NCBI GenBank assembly: GCA_024679065.1 | Contig: JAGIQG010000004.1 | Coordinates: 54,684,001 to 54,748,000, forward strand | DNA: 64,000 nt | Direction of reading: 5' to 3' | From: Sphyrna mokarran | Taxonomy: Eukaryota | Shown: positions 11,801 to 23,765 of the stretch, in pieces | Layout: every line of letters starts with the position of its first letter | Numbering within the stretch: the first letter of the stretch is position 1 | The notes under the pieces: model-generated | What the model was told of the DNA's origin: nothing | Seen by the model: only the letters and a program-made list of their open reading frames with translations | Databases searched by the model: none | Made by a program: the position numbers and the translations under genes

Positions 11801-13470
11801 TATACCTTCTTCAACTACCCGCAGGCTGTTGGGTGGCCTATAATATATCCTTAGCATTATAATTGCCCCTTTCCTGTTCCTCAACTCCACCCACAGCGAC
11901 TTCATTCCTAACTCCTCTATATTGTCCTCCCTCTGCACTGCGGTGATGCTCTCCCTAACTAACAACACCACTCCCTCACCTCTTCTCACCCTTCCTCTGC
12001 CAGGTCTGAAACATTTGTACCCAGGAATATTCAGCTGCCAGTGCTCCCCTTCCTTTAACCATATCTCCATCACTGCAACCATATCTAAGTTCCTTGCAAA
12101 CATTAAGGCCCTAAGTTCATCTATTTTTCCTGTTATGCTCCTCGCATTGAAACAGACATACTCCAGACCTCCAAGCCCACTCAGAACCTTCTTCTCCCTG
12201 GTTTATTTCCTCTCATCCAAGCTTACTCAATCTCCCATCTCACTCCCTACTGAGCTATCTTCTTATCCCCTCCGCCCCTCCATATTAGTTTAAACCCTGC
12301 CAAAACACTCCAGCTCACCTCCCAACTAAGATATTCATGCCCTTCCCATTTAAGTGTTCCCCATCCCTTCTATTAAGTGCCCTTCATTCACAAATAATTC
12401 CCAGTTATCCACTGGAAAACCCTCTGCTGTACACCAATCCTTCAGCCATCCATTCAGCTGTAAGATCTCATTTCCTCGGCCCCACTGTTACCTGGCCCTG
12501 GTAGCAGCTCTGAGATCACCACCCTGGAGGCCTTGCTCTTCAGCCTACCTCCCAACTCCCTAAACTGCCTTCATATATCCTCCCTGCTCTTCCTTCTTAC
12601 ATCTTTCTCTCCTATGTAAATAATTACATCTGCCTGCGTCCCCTCACCCTTCAAAATTCCCTCTACCGTGTCAGAGGTATCTTGCACCCCTGCAAGGGAG
12701 GCAAACTACCGTCCTGGAGTCCCACCTTTGACTACAGAACCCCCTATCTATTCCTTTAACGCTCCCACCCCCCACTACTATCTCCCTTCTAGCCCCCTTC
12801 CTCCCCTCTGAGGTACTCCGGTCCTCTTGCCTTACCTTTTTTACCCCTCCACCCTCGATATTTTGGGGGACTGCCACTGGGAAGTCTTTGGACTATTGCC
12901 CCTTTTCTTTTTCCCCTTCCTTACAGTAACCCACCTGTAAGGGTCAGGTTCCCTCCCTTAAGCTCTGGGTTCACCACCTTACTATGCCTCCCTTTCAGTA
13001 CTCTCCCTGACTAAAGATGCATCTTCCAATCGCCACTCTAATTGCTGGACCTGAGCCCTCAGACAATGCAGCTCCAAACATTTGACGTATATGTGGATTT
13101 TCGGGAGACAGCTTGCCTCCAGGAACTCCCACATATGACACTATATGCAGGTGAGGCATCTTTCCGTTATCCCTGCCATTGTCCTGAACACCTTTGGAGG
13201 TATGAACGCAATTAGAAAACCAGTAGCACCTTGCCTAAGCGTGCTCTCACCAAGCGAGCCAAAGCCCTCAAATCTCTCTCTGTGCTCTCTGCTCACTCCG
13301 CTGTCTACTGCTGCTTTCTTTTCATACTCTCCGGTTCCCTTCCCAGCTACCCCCACGCCTAACTACGGCAGCAAAAAACAATTAAAAAACCCACTAACCG
13401 GAAATAGAGAAAGAAAAGCAAATTAAAAAATTTTCGTGCTCACCACAACCACCAGCACTTCCAAACACTC
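8878..13470 (-). mobile_element. Near full-length decayed CR1 LINE, family A (ORF1, APE-RT ORF2, long 3' UTR)
   Basis: Minus-strand ORF pieces: endonuclease (YYRPP, GDFN, SNDH-like), RT (DFSKAFDKVPH, QGSVL, HLEYCIQFWSP), ORF1 fragments; (TGTTCTT)n tail. The 5' end is approximate. Confidence 0.92.
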
Positions 13471-14454
13471 TGTTCCAGAGGACAGGATCCTATGATTTTA
13501 CAGTAAGAGATTCAGTTTGGGCTATTCTTATAGTCTGCATGAACCATTCAGTCTCCAATCAAATAATTAATAAATAATTAACTTCGAAAAGGATTCTTGT
13601 GATTCTACATTTTGTGGCAAAGACCATCTATTATTCCCGAATCAGCTTCCCAGAAAGAATATTTTGTTTTGAATCCATCTTTATATTTTCCGATTATGTT
13701 TTCGCTGTCCTCAGCAGTGGAAATATTCCTCGATTTTTCATGACGTCTCAGAAGCTTGAAAACTTATCAAGTCACTGATCAATCCCCAAAACGTCAGTAT
13801 TGGAAATGGGGGCGGGGTAGGGGGATACACGGTTCCCACATAATTACATTCCATAAGTGATTCCACTAACACATTATGGGTCTTCTATAGTAAAATCAAC
13901 TTTATTTAAGAACGCAATTTAAATATAACTCTAATAAATGAAGCAACGTAACCATTAACAGTCGAGCAATATTTAAAAATCAAAGGAAGCAATTTTCCTT
14001 TCTAGATTATGAATGTTCCAGTTTCTAAAGAGTCCCATTCATGGATTGATCAACGCTACGTTTAATCAATAGTATTAGCAAACCCAGGGATACTAGCTAT
14101 AAATTGTATTAACAATCTTGACGATTTCAATGAGATTTTGTGGAGAGAGTTCTCAGGAATGGCCTGCACGTGCCTCTGACTTTAGCAAACATCCAATTAA
14201 CAATTGCAAAAACTTCTTTCTTGCTGCCACAGACACAGTTTTGAACTTGAACAACACTTTAATTTGATCCTGTCAATCAACTTCCTGAAGAAATATTTTC
14301 ATATTATAGAATCCCTACAATTTAGGATGGGGCCAGTCAGCTCGGCGACCTTGCATCAACGAGAATCCCACCGCTACCCCGTGCATTTAATCTGATAGTC
14401 TTCCTGACACTAAGTGGAAATTTAGCATAGCCAACTTACCTGATCCCTATACTG

Positions 14455-15650
14455 CAGAAGGAAGCCATTAGGCGTCCCGAGTCTCCACGAACTACAGTCC
14501 CAATCAGGCTGTATTCCCGTAACCCCACATATTTACCCCGCTAATTTCCATGACACTAGAGTCAATTTAACAAAGAATAAAACAGCATGGGAAACAGGCC
14601 CTTTGGCCCAACGAGCCCGCGCCACCACCCCGATGTTCCCATCTCTACCCGTGATCCCTATCTATGTTTGTAGATCTATGGATTAAAAACCAAATTTCAG
14701 ACAATCTAGGGAGAATTTGTTTTGCCAATTTGCCTAAGAGCACATCTTTGGGATGTGGGAGGAAACCGGAGCACCCGGAGGAAACCCACGCAAGCACTGG
14801 GAGAATGCGCAAACTCCATGTATCTGCACAGCACAGCGATAGTCACTGAGCTGTCGTGTTGCCCATCAAATGGTCCAGGTCAAGCGTCCACTAACGACGT
14901 GGAGCACTAGGATACTTTCAAAAAATCCAAGAGCAGCCCTCCCACGACCCATCGCATGTATGCCCCTTGTTAGACAATAGAGTGGACCAAAGCACCTGTA
15001 GGATAAAAACAAGTACATCAATATCATCATCTATTTACACCCTTCCCAGAGACTTACAATTCTGTTCATGTGCCCATCTAAGTATTTCTTAAATAACTCC
15101 AGAATACGTGCCTCCACCACTTTACTTGGCAGCGCATTCCATACCCCCACCACCCTCTATGTGAAAAAACTCCCTCTCGCATCCAAATTATATCTTAACC
15201 TCCTCACGCTAAGCCCGTGACCCCTCGTGCTATTCGAGTCCATCCTAGAAAAAAGCTTAACCCTATTTACTCTATCTACACCCCTCATAATCTTGTACAC
15301 CTCTATTAGATCTCCTCTAAGTCTACGTCTTCCTAAGGAAAACAGTCCCAATTTGCCTAACCTCTCTTCGTAACTCAGACCTTCCATACCAGGCAGCATC
15401 CTGGTAAACCTCCTCTGCACTCTCTCTCCAGAGTCTCCACGTCCTTCCGGTAGTAGGGCGACCAGAACTGGACGCAGTATTCCACTTAACCAGCACGTTT
15501 TTGGAATGTAGGAGGAAAGGGGAGCATGTGGAGGTAACACACGGGGGGAACGTGCAAACTCCCCACAGTTATCCGAGGCCGGAATTGAACCAGGGTCTCT
15601 GGCGCGGTGACGCAGCAGTGCTTACCACGATGCCACCGTACCGCCCACAG
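14455..15650 (-). mobile_element. HE1-like V-SINE split by a CR1 family A 3' fragment (14569-15484)
   Basis: SINE head and V-domain at 15485-15650, SINE 3' part at 14455-14568. The insert carries the ORF2 end (ERVQRRFTRMLPG) and the family A UTR. Confidence 0.8.
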
Positions 15651-16784
15651 TTGGCTACCCCAGTTTTCGATTGTCAAATGCCTCTTGGTATTCAGAGGTC
15701 CACTGAAATTTCTTTTGCTTCTTCAGTAGTTCAGCCAATGGCATAACCTGACTGCTAAAATTTTGCACAGGTTTTCTCTAGAAACCATTAGAAACCCAGG
15801 AATCTTAACATTTCTCTTCCAGTTGATAGTTCCTGATAAATTACTTTCCTTCTCATATTCCGTGAGGCCATCTGTCCATATTCAATCACATGATTGAAGA
15901 ACATAACATGGGCATTTTCGAGATCAAAGGAATATTTTACGATTGTTGAAGTTCTTCTAAACAGACATTGGAAAGTAATTGGAAACAGAGATAGGATATT
16001 TTCACCAAGACACCAAAGGGAAGAAATGCATAGAAATTCAAGAGGGGCAACACAAATTTAGATAGGTTAGTCGGATATCTTTAAGATTCAGCAAAAGTAG
16101 TTACGTGAAAAAAATGTGCTCATGTTATTTAGATAATGCGAAACAAATTACATCTCATACTTAATTCAAAGACACACTGTTATTCGCACCTTCCTACTTC
16201 AAAGTCCATCATTTGCCCTTACATTTTACGTTCTGTGACGTTGCTAACATTCCAGCTATTCACTTTGATACAGAATCTATTATTTTCAGAATTCAGCCCG
16301 TCAGTTAGAGAACGTCAACAAAATACTGATATTAACATACAATCCATGGTCGGCCACCCTATCGGTTCCATTTTGTTTTCCCCCACCCCCTTTCAATTGC
16401 TTTGCAACTACTGAAGTTCTACAAATGTAAAATAATCCTGCTGCGGAAACCTGAAACAAAACCGGAAAATGCTGGAAATGCAGGTCACCGATATGAAAGT
16501 TTAACTCTTTTGTTATTCCACATGTTACATTTTTATTTATTTATAGGTCTAAGGAACGTTCAGAGATAACACCTTATTGTCGCTATGTCAAAAGCTTGAA
16601 ACCTCTCTCATCACTGTGGGAGAATGTTACTAACATAGTAAGATTATATACATTTTGAATAGTACAACACGCCATCATATTTTCGAGGGAATTCAGAAAT
16701 GAACAGTCAGTGCTGGATTGTCAACGATGCTCAAATCGCATTAATGAATTGGAAATAAGTTTTTTTGGGGTTTTCATTAAAATC

Positions 16785-17415
16785 TAGGGTCTTTAAGGGT
16801 CTCTTGGACAGCCACATGAGCGGTCTGCAGATAGAGGGATATAGCAGGACTGCCTAAATATCTTATTAATATTAATATTAATTTATTTTATATTATTTAA
16901 TTTAAATAATAATTCAATTTAAAAAAATATTAACATTAAAATATTAATTCCACAGGCAATTCGGTCCACCTTGGACCAACAAGGTGCATGCATTCGGCAG
17001 GTCGTGCGAGGGCTGCTCTTGGTTGTTGCTTCAGGAGTGGCCTAGTCCTTCAAGTCGTTAGTGTATGCTTAAACTGGTCCATCTGATGGGCAACATGACA
17101 ACTCAGAGACTATCGCTGTTGCTGTGCAGACACATAGATTTGGGCCTGTGTCTGCGGGAGTTTGCGCGTTCTCCCCGTGGTTGCGTGGGTGTTCTCCGGG
17201 TGCTCCGGTTTCCTCCTACATCCTAAAAATGTGCTCTTAGGCTGATTGTGTAACAAATTGTTCTTATACTGGTCCCTATATGGGAGTCTTCCACAATAGG
17301 CAGAGCCTAAAGTCATGGATATGTCATTAAGACGTTAGGACGGCGGCGCGGGCTCGTTGGGCCGAAGGGCCTGTTTCCCGTGCTGTGTTGCTCTTTATTC
17401 TTTGTTTGTTCTTTG
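16785..17415 (+). mobile_element. CR1 family B 3' end with structured UTR and V-domain
   Basis: ORF2 end LDSHMSGLQIEGY, AT-rich tract at 16858-16948, UTR matching 19541-19975, gggccgaagggcctg terminal hairpin. Confidence 0.85.
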
Positions 17416-17769
17416 TATCTAAGAACAGCTTCCAGTAGAAACTTGCGTCTCTATCTGAAGCCCAGATTTGCTGTGTGAGTGCTTTCAAGCGACACCGCAG
17501 TCAGTGGAAAACACGTTCACTGCCTTTGGTCTGTGTCTCAAAATCCATCGACTCCATCCGTTTCCTTGGCAAGTGTCTGTTTTTAGTGAGATTTTGTGGA
17601 ACTTGAGTGTTATGTTTGACTCCGAAGAATATTCTGACCACATATTCGTATAAAACTAGAATTGTCCAAGGTCGTCTTTGCAACATTGCCTTCTAGAGTT
17701 GACTAGCCAGGCTCCCGCCCTGTATCCAATGTAAACCCCAGATTATCGAATGGTCTGTCGCCCATTTTC

Positions 17770-18125
17770 TCCCTCTCATCAAGTTCCCCCATTTATTAAC
17801 TCTGTGCTCGCTAATCTACATTTATTCCCAACTAAGCAATTGCATTTTTCAAATCCTCAAGCTGCTTTTCATGACTTGTCCCCTTCCATCTTTTGTAACC
17901 CTCTCCAGCCACAGAACAGGAGGAGGCCTCCGAACGCCTCTATTTCCGGCCTCTCCAATTTTCACCACTTAACTATTAGCAGCGTGCGTTCAGCTGGCAA
18001 AAATCTCTAATTCCCTTCTAAACCCTTCAGCCTTCTTTTTCCTCCTTTTAGATACTTTTTTGATGAAGTTTTACCGCCCATGATATCTCCTTGTGTACTT
18101 TCATAACAGTTCAATGAAGTGCCCT
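17770..18125 (+). mobile_element. L2-type LINE 3' fragment
   Basis: INSVLANLHLFPT..F..L resembles the L2 ORF2 C-terminal motif ITPVL..LHWLPV. Confidence 0.55.
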
Positions 18126-18130
18126 AGATA

Positions 18131-21100
18131 ACGGAGTGCCATTTTGCTCGTGAGTGCTTGGGAATTAAAATGAGAGTGGGAGATCAGAAGGATTTGAAGA
18201 GAATTAACCTTAAATTTTGTTAGCAATGCTAACACAAATATTTGCTATTTTTCTTCGACTGCATATTGCTGGAGGAAATTTGAAAGTACTTTAAATCTAA
18301 AAAAAAGTTAGAAACAAGGACATTTAGTGGACTAGCCAGAGGATTAATTTAGAACAGATATTAAACAAGTTTAAACTTTTCTTTTGCGAACCGGGAGACA
18401 AAGACTATAAAAACTAAATTCCTGGTGCCTTAGCACGGAGTGCCATTTTATTGTGTGCTTGCGAGTTAAAGTTCAGTAAAGTTGGGGAGTGTTACTGCCT
18501 TATTTCTCTTTACTGTGTACAAAAGTCAGTGAGGGCAATTGCAGGAGGAGTGAACACATCTCTGTGATATCACAGGTAAGTGACTGGTCGGTGAGTCTTT
18601 CTCTCTTATGACTTTCTGGCTTTGAAAGCGAAGGCTGGGTAGAGAAACGGAAACTGTGGAAAGTAAAAATTCGTGGTACAAACAAATTAAAGCGAAGGGT
18701 TTGGAGTTATTTGATTAATTCGCTTTTTAAGGACTTTTAAGATTTTGAAACTTAAAAGGGATTTAGTGATAATGACAGGAGAGCTCGAAGCCGTGGTCTG
18801 CTCTTCTTGGACCACGTGGAAGGCCGGGCAAATTACCTTTGCTGGGGACCAATGTGTGTTCAGAAAGTGTGTCGAACTGCAGCTCCTGGAAGCCCGAGTG
18901 TCCGAGCTGGAACAATGGCTGGGGACTCTGTGCAGCATTCACGAGTTTGAGAGCATTGTGGATAGCATGTTTACAGCTACGGTCACACTGCAGTTGAAGG
19001 GACCCGAGGCAACAGGGGAACGGGTAACCCACAGGTAGTCCAAGAGCAACAAGGAGGTAGTTCAGGAGTCTTCTAGGGTCTCTCTCGCAAATCAGTACTC
19101 CATTTTGAAGGCTAATGAGGATGTTGGTTCTTCCAAGGAGTGCGTACCGACCGAAGCTTCTGGCACCACATGCAACTCATCTATCCTAGGGTTGGGGTGG
19201 GGAGCAGCAGGGCATTAGCAATAGGGGATTCTGTAGCCAGAGTAATAGATAAGCGCTACTGTGGCCGTCAACATGACTCCAGGATGGCGTGCTGCTTCCT
19301 TGGTGCTAGGGTCTAGGAGGCCACCGAACAGCTGCAAGGCATCCTGAAAGGGAGTGTAATGAGACAGAAGTCATGGAGCATGTTCGTGCCAATGACATAG
19401 TTTGAAAGTTCGAAAGGAGGATGAGGTCTTGCATCGAGCATTAGGGGCTAGGCAGTGAAATAAAAGGTACGAGCTGTTAGTGAGTGATCTTTGGGTTATT
19501 TCCAGTGTCACATGCCAGCGAAGACAGAAATACGACAATACAAAGAACAAAGAACAAAGAACAACACAGCACGGGAAACAGGCCCTTCGGCCCAACGAGC
19601 CCGCGCCGCCATCCTAACGTCTTAATGACATATAGAGACCAATATAAGGACAATTTGTTACCCAATCAGCCTAAGAGCACATTTTTGGGATGTGGGAGGA
19701 AACCGGAGCACCCGGAGAAAACCCACGCAACCACGGGGAGAACGCGCAAACTCCCGCAGACACAGGCCCAAATCCATGTGTCTGCACAGCAACAGCGATA
19801 GTCTCTGAGCTGTCATGTTGCCCATCTGATGGTCCAGTTTAAGCATACACTAACGACATGAAGCACTAGGCCACTCCTGAAGTAACATCCAGGAGCAGCC
19901 CTCGCACGACCTGCCGAATGCATGCACCTTGTTGGTCAACAAGGTGGACCGAACAGCCTGTGGAAACAATTAAAGTATTTAAACAGTCCTCCTATATCCC
20001 TCTATCTGCAGACTGCTCATGTGGCTGTCCAGGAGACCCTTAAACAACCCTAGCGTGCCTGCTCCCACCACTTTACTCGGTAGTGCATTCCACACCCCTA
20101 CTACCCTTTGTGTGAAAAAATGCCCTCTAATATTAGTCTTATACATAGCCCCCTTCACCCTAAGGCTGTGACCCCTCGTTCTATCAGAATCTAATGGTGG
20201 AAAAAGCTTACCACCATTTACTCTATCTATACCCCTCATAATCTTATATACCTCTAATAGATCCCCTCTCAGCCGAAATGTCGCAGATGAATGCGTGGCT
20301 TAAGATTTAGCGCAGGAAAGAAAGTTTTAGATCTCTGGATTACTGGGATGAGTTCAGGGGAATGTGAGATGTGTACAAGTAGGATGTTCTACAGCTGAAC
20401 CAGAGCAGGATTAACGTCGTTGCGGGACATTTTGCTCGTGCTGTTGGAAGGAGTTTAAATTAATTTGGCAGGAGCAGGGATACAGTCTAGGGGCGGAATA
20501 GGATCACCACAAAATGCAGGAAGACAATCAAGTCAGAGGGGAGAACAGCTGTACCAAGTTTCAAAGGAATAAAGCAGGTTCGATGGCCTCTAGTTAATGC
20601 CAGGAATATTATAGATAAAACAAATGAATTAAGGACGAGGATTGACACGTGGAATTGTAATAATAACCATCACAAAGACGCGGTTGGGAGAGAGTCAATA
20701 TTGGCAATTCAACACCTCAGGATATAGAAACTTCAGGCAAGACAGAGTGGAAAAGAGAGGAGCAAGCATTGAATTATTAATTAAAGAATCAGTTGCTGCA
20801 GTAAGGAGAGGTGCTATCTTCAAGGGGGCATCGAATGAAGCTTTGTGGATAGAACTTAGGAATAAAAAATAAAGCCATATTGAACCCCAGAGAGTCAGGT
20901 GGAAATTGAGGGGCTAATATGTATACATTATGCAAAGGCGTGTGAAAATAATAACAATAGGATAATTATAATAGGTGATTTCAACTTTCCCAACATTAAC
21001 TAGGTAAACATAATGTTAAGAATTTGACTGAAGTAAATTCTTTGAACTTTAGGCCAATATATAGAGCATCCGATAAGGGAAGGAGCTGTGCCGGGCATAA

Positions 21101-22845
21101 TTCTGGAGAATGAAGCCGAGAATGAGTAAGATCTGTTAGGGAAAAAATGAACAGTCTGTAGGTGGAACGAGTGTTCAAAGAACACCTTGCATCTGTTTTC
21201 ACCAAGAAAATGAGGATGTACGTATGGAGCTCAGAAGGAGGCACTGTGAGATTCTTGAGCAAATTGACATAGGGAAGGACAAAGTACTGGAAGTATTGGC
21301 AAACTTAAATGTGGATAAATTGCCAGGTACAGATGAATTGTGTCCCAGGCTTTTGTGGCAGCCAAGAGAAGAAACTGCAGGGATCCTAACCCAATTTTTG
21401 ATTTCTCTCTGGTCACAGAGAAGGTGCCAGAGAACTGGAGACCATTGAATGTGCTTCTACTATTTGAGAAGGATTGTACAGGAGTGTCACATTAGCACAG
21501 ACCAGTGAGTTACAGGTCAATAATAGGGAAATTGTTGGGGAAAATTCTGAATGAGAGCATCTATCTCTCATTTAATGAAGCAAGTTTGAATAACGATAGC
21601 CAGCATGGCTTTGTCAAAGGGAGGTCATGCCTAACAAAGCTGGTTGAATTTTTTGAGAAGTGGCTAAGTTCATCTCCTCAAATGTAGTTTATATGTATTG
21701 CAGCAAAGCCTTTTTCAACGTTGCACATGGGAAACAAATAAACAATTTAAATAGAATACAGGATACATTGATAAAATGGATTCAAAATTGGCTTAATTGT
21801 AAGAGACAAAGAGTGATGACAGTTGATGATGGCTGCATTAGTAACTGGAAGCCAGAGTCCAGTGGCGAACTGTGCTGGATCCACGATTATTCATCATTTA
21901 TATAAATAGCATAGATAACTATGTGGGAGGTAGGATTAATAAATTTGTGGATGGCACAAAAATCGTTGGATGCTTAACAGCGAGGTAGACTGTCTTGGCT
22001 GTGAGGAGACATAGATGGGATAGTCAAATGGGGAGATATGTAGCAGATTGAATTTAACCATGAAACATGTGAGGGATACTTTTGGAAGAATAATTGGACA
22101 AGAATTGGACAATGAGTGGCACGACACTCGGAAGTTCTATAAAACAAAGGAACCATGTATCTTTGTCCAGACATCTCTGAAACTTAAAAAAAGTTTGCAT
22201 GGTGTTTAGAAATAATTGGGGCACTTGCATTTATCAATCGAGGCGTACATTACAAAAGCAGGGAAGTTATGTTGGAGTTGTACATAACTTGAGTGAGGCC
22301 ATAGCAAGAGTACTGTCTGCAGCTCTTGTCGCCACATTCTTGGAAGGCTCTGATTGCTCCGGAGTGGGTGCAAAGGAGGTTTACCAGGGTGCTACCTGGG
22401 ATGGAACATTTAAGTTATGAAGAGAGGTTGGATAAACGTGGATTGTTTTTGTTGGAGCAGAGAAGATTAGACAGGTGAGAGGGATGCACCTGATTGAGGT
22501 GTATAAGATTATGAGCAGCATAGTCAGAGTAGATGAGCAGCAGCTCTTCCGATTAGATGAAGGGTTAGTTATGAGGAAGAACAAATTCAAAGTCAGGTAC
22601 AGGAGGTTTATGAGGTGTGTGAGAAAAAACCTTTCATCCTGCGTGTGGTGACGTTTGGAATGCACTACCTGGTAGCGTGGCAGAAGCGGGTTGCCTCGCA
22701 ACCTTTAAAATGCAACTGGATAAGTATTTGGAGAATCATGACATTCAAGGCTATGGACCAAGTACTGATAAATTATATTAGATGGGAGCTCACACGAGTT
22801 TTTGCAGACTCGGTGGACCGAAGGGCATCTTCTGCGCTGTATGAT
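18131..22845 (+). mobile_element. Old full-length-derived CR1 LINE (5' UTR, ORF1, ORF2 with internal deletion)
   Basis: ORF1 zinc-finger/zipper (VVCSS..CRKCVELQLLEARVSELE) at 18772; endonuclease and RT fragments at 20642-22701; interrupted by 19541-20272. Confidence 0.85.
19541..20272 (-). mobile_element. CR1 family B 3' fragment nested in ORF1 of an older CR1
   Basis: ORF 19979-20239 (FFTQRVVGVWNALP..LDSHMSSLQIEGY), long UTR, (TGTTCTT)n tail. Confidence 0.9.
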
Positions 22846-23430
22846 CTGGAGATGAGGGCGTTGGAATATGAGGAGACACTGGATAGGCTAGGTTTGTACT
22901 CTTTGGAATTTAGAAGGCTGAGAGGGGATCTTATAGAGACGTATAAGATAATGAAGGGGATGGATAGGATAGAGGTTGAGAGACTCTTCCCGTTTAGCAA
23001 AGATAAACACAGACAGAGATCATGGGCAGAAGTGGGAACATCGAGGTGGCGGCGCGGGCTCGTTGGGCCGAAGGGCCTGTTTCCCGTGCTGCTTTGTTTT
23101 CTGTTCTATAGCAGGACTGGAGGGCACAGCCTTAAGATTGGGGGAAGGTGGGGGTGCTGTTCAGATCAGAGTTGCGGAGGAATTTCTTCACGCAAAGGGT
23201 GGTGAATCTTTGGAATTCTCTGCCTGAAGAAGTGGTGGAGGATTCCTCGGGGAATATGTTCAAGTCAAGAGTGGATAGGTTTTTGATTGACGAGGGAATT
23301 AAGGGTTACGTGGAGAAAGCAGGAAAGTGGTACTGAACCACTACAGATCAGCCATAATCTCATTGAATGGCGGGGCAGGGTCGAGGGGTTGGATGGCCTA
23401 CTCCTGCTCCTACTTCTTATGTTCTTATGT
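22846..23430 (+). mobile_element. CR1 3' fragment with a ~110-bp family A tail inserted at ~22997-23110
   Basis: YEETLDRLGLYSLEFRRLRGDLIETYKIM..NFFTQRVVNLWNSLP; ttcttatgttcttatg tail. Confidence 0.8.
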
Positions 23431-23704
23431 TATCTCGTCAAGGGGATGGGTATAAAAGCAAGCTGATGTTGGAAATCATCCTTTTTGAAACTCAGGTTTT
23501 TTTACCCTCAGTTTTAGTTGATCGTGCTGCAGGTGATTCCAAAAGCTGCCGGACGATCACAAACGAAACGTATTTTCGAACAAAACGGATGCAGGATGTC
23601 AAACGTCATTGCGGTAGTTTTCAGATCAAATATTCAGCAGACAATTCACACAGTAATAAACACACGGTCACTGTAGTCAGACGTCAACTGAACTTTATCA
23701 CAGA

Positions 23705-23765
23705 ATGTTGTCTAATCTGATCGTCCTGTTAACGTCCATGTCTTCTCTGAAGATCATTTCAACAG
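23705..23765 (+). CDS. Gene B exon 1, signal peptide MLSNLIVLLTSMSSLKIIST
   Basis: ATG, hydrophobic core, phase-1 donor G|gtattg, 190-bp intron. Confidence 0.75.

Noticed and set aside
17081-17100. Hammerhead ribozyme in the structured CR1 UTR (ctgatgg)
   Set aside because: No CUGANGA and no properly placed GAAA box, and other copies read ttgat or cagat.
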